The translations under genes and the position numbers were made by a program. 64,000 bases of DNA from Laetmonice hystrix. Lineage: Eukaryota. The notes beneath the pieces are model-generated. The model did not search any database, had not been told where the DNA came from, and saw only the letters and a program-made list of their open reading frames with translations. The stretch is taken from positions 13,020,001 to 13,084,000 of the forward strand of contig OZ249436.1 of NCBI GenBank assembly GCA_965235115.1. The letters run 5' to 3'. Below, piece by piece: positions 12,601 through 24,600 of the stretch. Every line of letters starts with the position of its first letter. The first letter of the stretch is position 1.

Positions 12601-15600
12601 GTGGGCGGTAAGGGTTAAGGATTGAAGTAGTACTGATAGGTTAGGTACTGGAGACATGAACGGTGGCCATGGTGGAGAAGGGTGCGGTAAGGGTTAAGGA
12701 CTGAAGTAGGACTCACTGATAGGTTAGGTACTAGAGACATGAACGGTGGCCAGGGTGGAGAAGGGTGCGGTAAGGGTTAAGGACTGAAGTAGGACTGATA
12801 GGTTAGGTACTGGAGACATGAACGGTGGCCAGGGTGGAGAAGGGTGCGGTAAGGGTTAAGGACTGAAGTAGGACTCACTGATAGGTTAGGTACTGGAGAC
12901 ATGAACGGTGGCCAGGGTGGAGAAGGGTGCGGTAAGGGTTAAGGACTGAAGCAGGACTCACTGATAGGTTAGGTACTGGAGACATGAACGGTGGCCATGG
13001 TGGAGAGGTGGGCGGTAAGGGTTAAAGACTGAAGTAGGACTGATAGGTTAGGTACTAGAGACATGAACGGTGGCCAGGGTGGAGAAGGGTGCGGTAAGGG
13101 TTAAGGACTGAAGTAGGAATGATAGGCTAGGTACTAGAGACATGAACGGTGGCCAGGGTGGAGAAGGGTGCGGTAAGGGTTAAGGACTGAAGCAGGACTC
13201 ACTGATAGGTTAGGTACTGCATGGAGACATGAACGGTGGCCAGGGTGGAGGAGGGTGCGGTAAGGGTTAAGGACTGGAGTAGGACTCACTGATAGGTTAG
13301 GTACTAGAGACATGAACGGTGGCCAGGGTGGAGAAGGGTGCAGTAAGAGTTAAGGACTGAAGCAGGACTCACTGATAGGTTAGGTACTAGAGACATAAAC
13401 GGTGGCCAGGGTGGAGAAGGGTGCGGTAAGAGTTAAGGACTGAAGTAGGACTCACTGATAGGTGAGACATGAACGGTGGCCAGGGTGGAGGAGGGTGCGG
13501 TAAGGGTTAAGGACTGGAGTAGGACTCACTGATAGGTTAGGTACTAGAGACATGAACGGTGGCCAGGGTGGAGAAGGGTGCAGTAAGAGTTAAGGACTGA
13601 AGCAGGACTCACTGATAGGTTAGGTACTAGAGACATAAACGGTGGCCAGGGTGGAGAAGGGTGCGGTAAGAGTTAAGGACTGAAGTAGGACTCACTGATA
13701 GGTTAGGTACTAGAGACAAACGGTGGCCAGGGTGGAGAAGGGTGCGGTAAGGGTTAAGGACTGAAGCAGGACTGATAGGTTAGGTACTGGAGACATGAAC
13801 GGTGGCCAGGGTGGAGAAGGGTGCGGTAAGGGTTAAGGACTGAAGTAGGAATGAAGTCGCAAAACCTTTCATCCTCAACTTAATTTTGGTTGTTGAATCT
13901 GGAATGCGATGGGACACGAGAAGATAATATGGATATTATTTTCATGGATCATTTGCATTGGCCCGTTTAGAGTGCGGTGCAGTCTTGAGGTAGAAAGTTG
14001 ATCGTCAGTATACATGCCTGTTGACTCACCCTGGCATGCGTCATCCATGCCTTGGCCTTCTGCATGGCTGTGATCAGGTTGGTGTATTTAGGATAAATGC
14101 CATAAATGCTGTACCATCTCGGTGCTTCCAAAAATTCAGGTAGGAAGTCTTGTGCACCTACAAGATATTGTGAACTGTGTGAGTCAGAAGAGCTTGCCAT
14201 GATACCAGAGACATTATGTCTACTCATCGCCGCTTTTAATAAATACCGGTATTTTTCACGGTTTCCCGAACAACTACTTTCTTTTCAGAACAAATCATAC
14301 AACAACGTTTCACACACTGTGAAAAAATGATTTTCTACTCTCAATGTGTAAAGTAAATTATGAGTATTATCACACCCACACCCACACACTGTGTATAGGC
14401 CTCGTCCTGAAGCGGATCACCAATAACCTACCTATGAGCTCTTGCTCTGGGGCCCCAGCTACGAAGTATATTCTTGTGATGTAAAGTACATGCCGCAGAT
14501 ATTCGTCTGGGAAGTGTGTCTGGTCGGGATCAACCTCTGGCCCCTCCCATCCTCTTCGAGGCAACTTCAGCGATATGGTCTCAATCGTCAGAATCTTACC
14601 TGGGGTCCGTCAAAATGGTTTTAATAGGATATTATGCTGAACTTAAAAACAAACAAAAACCCCAAAACGGGTTATAATGTACTGAACGGCAATGAAAACG
14701 CATAGGCTCAAAAGATAGCTCAAATATTTATTTGAAAGAAACAGTCACATTTGATATTTGACAAGAAGTCACAATTCTCAACCAAAACTCTTTGTACATC
14801 CTACTAGTGATAAAAATATATATACGTATAACATTTCGACCTATGCGTTTTCATTGCCGTTCAGTATATATCCAGTCATGCACAGCTCCCAGAAATGGTC
14901 GCATAGACGCGAGAGTCCCCAGAAAACATCCCATCCACGAGGCCGGTGATTCTCATCGAGCGCTGAGTTGCTTCCATTGGGGCTGCCGCGGGACAAAATG
15001 GACTTAGTGGACAAGAAATGTGGGACCGCCAAGGGCCGCTAACAACGATAAGCCGGCGTCTATATTGGCAGCTAGCGACAAATCGGCTCAGTGAACTCCA
15101 TAGCATAGTTGATTTTTTAATAGAAAACCTTGCAGTAAACAATCATTAGGCCTAACTGTAGCTGAAGAGTGATGTATCTAAGTTATACGTGACAGGTATT
15201 TTATGTAATTTTACTCTTAAAACAATCTGCACCGAATTCTTCGGACTGTTGAGCGTTGACGGACGGCAGGTTTGTTTCCTGAGGCAAAGTTTATTAATTC
15301 AGTGCTTCCCCCTAGTGATAAACAACCACACTATTCACCCACATCCCCCTGAGTGCTTCTGGTATTGCCACTCTTCGGTTTTCTTATAGAACAGATAGCA
15401 ATATTCCAGATTTCCTCTTTAATAATACCTTAATAAGGGCTGAAATAACGACTGTGGTATTCATAACTCCAAGGTATGAAGGATAATTCGACTGAATCAT
15501 GTTTCCCCGGGGAAGGACAAGGCTGAAGCACGTCATAATACCGACCAACGATGGTAAAAGTATGAGCAGACCACAACCCAGAGTTCACTTTCCTGCAGCA

Positions 15601-18600
15601 ATCTGGCCGGATGCCCAAACCTCGGGAGGGTTTCACTCCGGCCACCATTCCTATTGACCCCAGTGCCTGATCCAGCTGGTTAATATGGCAACACCCAATC
15701 AGCAGCCGGCTCTCCAATTACTTCAGGATGTGAGGGGTTTCGAGATGAATGACTCGTACCACAGTCGCCGTGCTCCGAGAGCCACCGAGGACTACCGACC
15801 CCCGCCCCACCCCGGCCGCCAGCGCCTAGCGACACACACAGGCGATCACATACCGGCTCAAGTCTCAGGTCTGGTGAGGTCGGTTCGTCATTAGTGACCC
15901 TTGGAAACACTGGCTTTGACAGAGGCAAAAAATATATCAACAACTTTGTCTACTGGGAAAAAATCCAGAAGTCTGATTGATACTGATCACCTTTAACCAA
16001 GTCCTAGCTATTAGTGTTTTCGTTATAGACCTAATTGTTTCAGAATTAGCTATTAGTCTTTATAGACCTATGCTGTTTCAGAATTAGCTATTAGTGTCTT
16101 TAAAGACCTCACTGTTTCAGAATTAGCTATTAGTGTTTTCGTTATAGACCTAGCCGTTTCAGAATAAGCTATTAGTGTTTTCGTTATAGACGTAACTGTT
16201 TCAGAATTAGCTATTAGTGTTTTCGTTATAGACCTAACTGTTTCAGAATTAGCTATTAGTGTTTTCGTTATAGACGTAACTGTTTCAGAATTAGCTATTA
16301 GTGTTTTCGTTATAGACCTAACTGTTTTAGAATAAGCTATTAGTGTTTTCGTTATAGACCTAACTGTTTCAGATAAGCTATTAGTGTTTTCGTTATAGAC
16401 CTAGCTGTTTCAGAATAAGCTATTAGTGTTTTCGTTATAGACCTAACTGTTTCAGAATTAGCTATATTAGTGATTTCGTTATAGACCTAACTGTTTCAGA
16501 ATTAGCTATGAGTGTTTTCGTTATAGACCTAACTGTTTCAGAATTAGCTATTAGCGTTTTCGTTATAGACCTAACTGTTTCAGAATTAGCTATTAGCGTT
16601 TTCGTTATAGACCTAACTGTTTCAGAATTAGCTATTAGTGTTTTCGTTATAGACCTAACTGTTTCAGAATTAGCTATTAGTGTTTTCGTTATAGACCTAA
16701 CTGTTTCAGAATTAGCTATTAGTGTTTTCGTTATAGACCTAACTGTTTCAGAATTAGCTATTACTTTACAGACCTTTCTCTATGTTGACAACAGAGATGG
16801 GGAGGGACAATCTTTTGACAATGCGGTCTTAGCCTTTTTTATAGGTTTGGCGCACAGGTGAAAAATTCTTTTCAGTCTGCATTTTAAAACCTTACTGTGT
16901 GGGACCGAAATCCGTAAATCCTGTTACAAATACGTAACTGCTCCTTTAAAATGTCTTTTAACATAAACAATAGGGAAACCCCCCATGTCGTCAGTCGGTA
17001 TTATGAAGCCTCTAAAATCCGATGTTATGGGGGGAGCACGACAGCAGAGAAACGCCATTGGAAAGCCAGACAATGGTACATGCCGTCAAGTTGATTGTTT
17101 TTGTGAGACTTGGATTGAAACAGAATTTATGAAGTGCAGCGAACCCTGATGCTGGGATGCAGCGCCACTCTGCAGTCCGTTGGGGCGTCATGCAACATGT
17201 GGCGAGCAATCCGCTGTGTAAGCCACTCAGTTTGTTAAATGCCACTTTAGCCACTTGGCTGCCCAAAGACCAACCATAATGCACCAGCAGATTTTCATCC
17301 AGTTTCAGACTATGCAGTTTCATTATTTAACATCCTGTTTCAAATGTACAGCATTAAACACATGGTACAGCACACTAAAAAACACATACACAGGGTCGCT
17401 GGAATTTTAGTGGAGAATACGAGACTACATTGAAATGTGACGTGAGAACGTTCTGAGAGGCGGACAAAAGTTTTCTATCCTTAAGATGACCATCGGAATG
17501 ATCTCGAGAAGTAAAACATCTTCATGATGAACACGATGGGAGAAGGTCCCGGTATCTAATTACACACGTATTGTATTTTGGTCCAGTTTTCTCATACAAA
17601 GGCATACTATTTTACTGAAAATACGGGTAAATGAAGTTTTATCGCCATACTGATAAACATGGTCGTAGATGTATGGAGTGTATTGTATTTTACGTCTGAT
17701 CACCCAGAAGGGTCATTTCGCGGCGCTTAGTTTATTTGACGGAAACCGGAAACCCCGGAGAAAACCACACACCTACAGCATGTGAATAAACACTCTCAAA
17801 TAAGGCACAAAATTTTACTTGAGAACACTTAACTGCCCTTTACTCACCCCACAAAAGTCTAAAAATCACAAAAGTAATGCCCCGGAGAGCCAACTTACCT
17901 TCTAGTGGGGATTCTGACAGGTATTCGTTGATAGCTGCATAGGTTTCAGGGAGGTTCTCATAAATAGGATACTTCAAGGATGAATCAAGACACTTAGGGA
18001 TGACGTTCATGTAGCCAACCTCAATGGGTGTTGGAGGGGGGCCGGTGGTCGTGTTGTTACTCCCACTCAAACTCGTCCGACTACCTTCCTTCTCTCGTAT
18101 GTACCACAACCTGCAGGGACAGACCGAGCAACAAGTCAGACGACCATTTCACTACTCTCCTACACTTCCCTCCACCCAGCAGGCTGCACGGCCCCGGTGG
18201 AGGTCCTGCAGCCCAGCGCACCACACACAACAGTCCACCCATCATAGCTAACTCTAACAGGTCTACGACGGTTAGGGTTTGTGTGGTTGGGGGTCGCTTG
18301 GTTTCGAGGATGACACTGTGACTCCCTGGAGTCACTCTCAGATATTCTCCTTACGGCTAGAAATGGCTGAGGACCTTTCAGGACCTTACTACCTGCAGGC
18401 AAAAACATACTGAAACTAGACGGAAACAATGCAACTTGCCGGACAAGTCGGAACATACTACGGGCATAATATACTTCGCCTACTTTGAATAATGAAGAGA
18501 AGTCAGGATAGAAAGGTGAAGAGAGCTGGAAAAATAGAGGTCAAATAAATATCGGTACAAATATTAAATATCATGTTTTTAAAGACGAGAAATATATAAC

Positions 18601-21600
18601 GAAACCCTGTTGAAAGAAAAAAGTCGTATATTCACAAACCTGGGTTAACGCATTTCACTGTATACTCTTCCAACTTTCCATTATTAAACCGTCTCAAAAT
18701 TATTTATATTTTAAAAATTCTTAATGTGTAAGGAGGTCGTAGGAGAACAATTGAAATGGCATTCTAGCTTTATTTTACAGTTCTGCAGAAGTACAAGTAA
18801 CAATTACTATGTGTACTCACATCTTCACAAACATCACGTTGTTCTCATTAAACAAATTCAACAATAACCATTATTTCTAGATTGTTATATCTCTTGACAT
18901 GTTATTTTTTTAAATCATGCATCCAAATCATAAAAAGGTGCTTAATTCGACCTAGAACAAATACGTCACAATATAAATGTTTCCCAATCTTGACATTATA
19001 TGTTAGAAATCACGATAATTGGAGCTTGGAACCGTTATATGTTATGGTATCTCATATACCATTACTTATGTTAGAGATTAACATTTTTCTGATACCAATG
19101 ACCAACTGACAGTGTAAAAACGAGTGGTTAATAGGGGGAAATACATGAGGAGACGTACAATTAATTTCGTCAATCATGATTACTTAATGTTGTTGATCCT
19201 AACTTATTCTTTCTATTTTATAATTTCGTTTAGCTGTATACGTTATATCAATTATCACATATACATTATGCTACATTATGAAATTATATTTTGATGTATA
19301 CTTTTTGCCACTAGTTTAGTGGAGCTTTCCTGTTTGCATTATTTTTTCACGTTATTGATTAAAGAGCACTGTAAATTCTAGTGTTTCCTAATACAGTGAA
19401 CAGTAAAACATATAACGAGACACTCGCCAATGTCTTCCGTCGCTGAAGGACGGAAGACCTCCTCTCTCCTCACAATGAACAATAATACTGCATCCACATT
19501 GAATTGTCTTACACTGGAAACCTTAGGCTGAAATCCAAGGATGTTTAGGTGACAGGATTATCAATACGTCAGGCATCATTGTTCATATGAGTGCAGGCAC
19601 CAACCAGCCTACCTTACAATGAGCAGTGATGAAGCAGGGGAAACAACACAGGGTTGAGATGGGGGAAACAGAGGGGATTATTTGCAGGTTGGTCGTGGGG
19701 GTACGGGGCAGTGTAGGCACAGCTGGCAATATCCCTGCAACTCCCAGTTTAATACTTTATTAGCAAGATCACTATGATATACAGCACGCATTCAAAACAT
19801 TGGCAGCCTAGACTACCTGTATTAACACAGCAAGGTTATAACAGGAACAGCCGCTAGGGGGCGGGGTTATGTGTCACGGAGCCTCGCAGTCACATCATGC
19901 TATGTGGCTGAGGCCCTGTATTAAAGCACTGCGCTGCCTGGAAAACTAGCCACACATATTATCCACAATGCACACAAACACAACCAACTCAATTAACTCA
20001 CTCAATACGTGTATCATAGTCACAACCCCCTACTTTCACAAGTTGTAGTAATAGTTACAATAATCAAAGTTCCATATCATCTCAGTCCAATTATAAGGTA
20101 CCCATTTCACAGATCAAACCATATATTTGACCAAGGCACATAGCTACGTGAGCGGATTCAAATTTATATTCTGGTCAAGATTAGTTTGGCGTGATATTTA
20201 CCGTTGAATTTTCATCTAAACTGACATGTTGACGTCACTGACATGATATGAGAAGCATAAATAAGGCGAATGAAGACATGCGGACCACATAATGCCGTTA
20301 AATGATCAAACTCATTACGAACTGACCTGAGAGCACCCTCACCTTATCATAGCAAGTATTTTTTCAGATGCCATATTTAAGATATGTACTTATTTTAGCA
20401 AATGTCAACGTATAACATTTTGATGTGCTTGACGTAAAATGAATAGGATTACCCAACCATTTTTTTTTATACATATTGTATATTAGTATGGTATTGTATA
20501 TGGAAATATATCATAAGAGTTTCTGTGTATGAAAGTGATAAAAAAGCGACACCTCATTGGAGATCTGACCGCCATCAACACTATAAACATTACAGTCCAA
20601 TGTTTCTTACCACAGAAACCTGTTTGATAAGTGGAGCTCCTGACACTCCTCTAAGAAAATCCAATTATGAACAGAATCAGAACTATCAACAATCATGTTT
20701 TAAAATGTGCAGCGAGGATAAAAATGATCACGTTTGTTCAAAAACACCAGAAAACAAATTTTAACGGAATTGCGATCCAACTGTCAACATTTAATCTTTG
20801 ACTGCGAGGTGTTGCCTGGTGCAGCTTCATGTTGCCGTTCTGGTTAGAATAGCTGTGTGTGAGTGAGAGAGTATGAGGACTGGAGCGTGTCGGACAGCGC
20901 CACCATATTGACGTGGCTCCAGTTGTGTGTGTTTGGTGCACGATTTACGTTCACTGGAGGTGTGACATGTGTGTGAGTGTGAGTGAGTGCCGCCGGTCTC
21001 AGTGTACGTGGGATGGATGCCAACTGCCACAGTAACAACCATGTGGAGGCCCCCATCAGCAATGGAAGCTGTGTTACGTTACAACGTAGGGACTGCAGGT
21101 TTTTAACACAATGACGGTGTACACACAATATTCGTCTGAATTCAATCCAAATCTTTCGTCTCAGCGTCCTCTTAACGACGAGGCTGCCACATGTTGGTAC
21201 TGACCGGCGTAAGCACACATGACACCTTACTATCACATGACACCTTGCCATCAATATGTAATATTCTTCGGTGGTGAAGAAAATCACATGCAGTCCTGCT
21301 CGATTTTCTCGATCTTTGAACGTTGGGGAGCTAGTATTTTCTCTCATTCAGGTGCAGCGACAGATGATTAAATATAATCCTGCAGAAAAAAATCTTATAC
21401 ACAGTTGATGAAAACACCCTTGAAAAATAGCACATGATCCGATTCAACATGGCTCGTTTGCTAGAGTAGGGCAACACAAAATTGTTCACAAAGAAGAAAA
21501 AAACTTAATTCACGACTTCAAAAATCCATTCAAAGAGTTCTTTCACTGAAAATACAAAATTAAAGATTATGCTCTTAGCACCTTGTCCAATAGTCCTTTT

Positions 21601-24600
21601 GTTTAATGTGATGTCGACCTAAGTATTGAATAATCTATAGGAAGGTTCCACGACATAGGGCGACACCTACTGGGTCCGACATCGGTTAGTAGTGGGATGG
21701 GAGATGCAGAGAGCGTGCAAGCTGCTGCTGCTGCTGCTGGCGGAGGAAGGCGACAGGCATCAGGCATTACTCTCATGCCAGCGGGAAGCAGAAGGCAATG
21801 GGTACCTGCCAACCAGCCTCATTTTGTTTTTGTTTCGACTCGTAAAATAGGAAAATAAAAATACACTCTCTGCGGGTGACCACTCCCCTGTGGCAATTTT
21901 CAATTTTGCTGTAGTGGTTTTAGAAAGTTGACCCCAAGGTATGGCGTAGTAAGAGACGGCTGACAGGTGAAGCGATATGACAAGTAGGGTCGAGGTTGGG
22001 AAAGGTTTCAGTCTGTCGATGGCAACATGTGCTAAGTCCGCTGCATGGGTGTCTATACACAGACATGTCACAGACGCAGGTAACATATATACATATATAT
22101 AGACATATATAGACGCTCATTGGATATATATACATATATAGACGGTTGGTGCTTATAATATCAGGAGGATGATGGTCTCCCACCTTGACCGATGCTGCAT
22201 TCCTAACCGAGAGTTGGTAGCGTGGGTTTCCTCTTTGCCATTTTCTCGGATATACCATAGCCTGGAAAGGTCAGAAGGGTCAGCTCAAGGTCAGACAAGA
22301 TTAGATTAAAGAGGTGAAAGAGTTTGAACCATTCTGCACAAGTCTTTGCCTGCAATCGGTTTCTAGTATGAGGAAACAAAATATGAAAAAAGAAACAGCT
22401 AAAATTTAAACTACCAGATAAAAGAGGTATGCAGTGAGAAAGTGAATGGGCGGGGGACCAAGCACAATAATAAAGGACAGTAACCAGCAGCTATTGGTGC
22501 ACACTCACACGTTCACCCCTCCCCCGCCAGATTACACGCACACATAGACGACACGAATGTCAGATTCGTTCATATGCCTAGAAAAGAGAAATACCACAGA
22601 GTCCAAGAAAGCGGGTGGTGGTATATAACGCAATCATAACTCATGCAAACAGAGTTGCTTGGTGATGGTGATGCCAAACGAGGAACTACAAAATGAGGTG
22701 TTGAAGTCCTATTCCTTACCTCAATCCTTTCACATAGATGGCACAGTTTCCTTTCGGTACAAACATTGGTGAATCTGATGTCACTTCGCTGACAGAACAT
22801 ACTTTCTTCTCTATTGTTTCACACTTGACCAGATGGATGTCGGCGTTTTCTGCCAGCCAACCGTTTGCTTTAGGAATGAGGGTGCTGCAAGTAAACCAGT
22901 AACTACATATATTTGTATCTATAACCACAAACACATTTTGTGTGTGAATCTCCAACTTCAGCAAACTGTCACGACTTTCACAACTTTCCTCGTCCGCCGG
23001 AACTCACGCTCAAACGTGTTTATTGAATATAAGTTCAAGGGGGATATATAAACCTAGCTCTTGAGGAATAAATGGTAGTAACTTTGGACATCCGGCCTGG
23101 TCGATTTTGTCATGTTTGTAATTTATACATCCATCATGCCCGCTAGATATGAGAACCTGAAAGGAGTAATATTTATAGATCTGTGTAGGTAGTGGTGGAC
23201 GCAGTTATATACCACATTCTTGGTACCATTGAACTCCTGACATTATAACAGTATGATGAATGGTGATGGCATAGTTCCTGACAACAGTTTTCATCCCCAA
23301 CCATACAAATATTTCCAGGCACATACCCGGAATGCTACTCCCACAGTAGAATGATGATGACTGTATAATGACTCGATGAATAGACCAGCATAGTTTGGCA
23401 AAGTCCGTACGCATGAGTCATACGTCGGAAAACTATTCCATTTGATTCAGATCAACTCAAAATACTTCGATTATCTCGTTCTCTGATGTATTCTTGGTCA
23501 AAGTGAAACCAAGGCAATGCGAACTTTTCTCAGTCAGTTTACTGGTGAAAACAATATTCAGTATGTGAAGGCACCACTAGGTGTCACTAGGCCTGGTCAT
23601 GGTTACTAAAGGGAGAAATGTGAAGGCACCACTAGGTGTCACTAGGCCTGGTCGTGGTTACTAAAGGGAGAAATGTGAAGGCACCACTAGGTGTCACTAG
23701 GCCTGGTCGTGGTTACTAAAGGGAGAAATGTGAAGGCACCACTAGGTGTCACTAGGCCTGGTCGTGGTTACTAAAGGGAGACTGCGAACTTTTCTCAGTC
23801 AGTTTACTGGTGAAACCAATATTCAGTATGTGAAGGCACCACTAGGTGTCACTAGGCCTGGTCGTGGTTACAACAGGGAGAGGTCCCACACGACCCTCCA
23901 GGATACGTATCCTCATCTCTCTGTCGTAGACGCCGTCGGACACGATCGCACATCACATTCACGTGGCTCGGAGGAATGCTTATTCCCGATAGAGCGAGTC
24001 GTTGTTACGTCCAGGCCTCAGTATAGAGCGGGGGAAGTAGAAATAAGAAAGCCCTTGGTCGTTTCTTCTGATAGGCCATGGATACATTCCCACAGCACAA
24101 GAGAATTTCCTCGCTACTACGTATGACATGACGTCAACAAATACATTGTACATAGATAATATATGTATATCATGTTTTTCTAAGTCAGAACACTATTACA
24201 CCTACAAATCACTTTTATTCGGGTTAGAAATGGGCATAATGAGGAACAATCGTCAGAACTGAAAGCTCAAGCCTGATCCAACATAATTAACCTTTCTCCC
24301 TCACGGCCATTCATCACCAGTCTTCTTCATTGTCTAGTTCATTATAACACAATGAACTAGAATTGCAACAATTAATCATATCATATAAATTTATAACACC
24401 CACCAAATTAACATTGCAGTCAGTGACATCACAGAGGAACTACACCGTTTTCATATACAATGTACTTAGGTTGGATTTCAATAAAGACTTCCTTCTTAGT
24501 AGTCTACCAAGGATTTAGCAACTGGTCTCCGATAAGGATTCTTTCCTTCGTGAATTGCTGTACTGGGGTGATACATATTTTACAGCACAGCCTACCTTTA

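Noticed and set aside
16508-16861. ORF of repeated SVFVIDLTVSELAI
   Set aside because: By-product of the 42-bp (multiple of 3) minisatellite. Upstream units carry indels, there are no splice signals, and it is antisense within an intron.
18160-18400. Possible extra exon (ttttgcctgcag|GTAG..., GSKVLKGPQPFLAVRR...)
   Set aside because: Phase is incompatible with the flanking phase-2 intron or needs weak donors, and it would interrupt the conserved LR|LWY strand.
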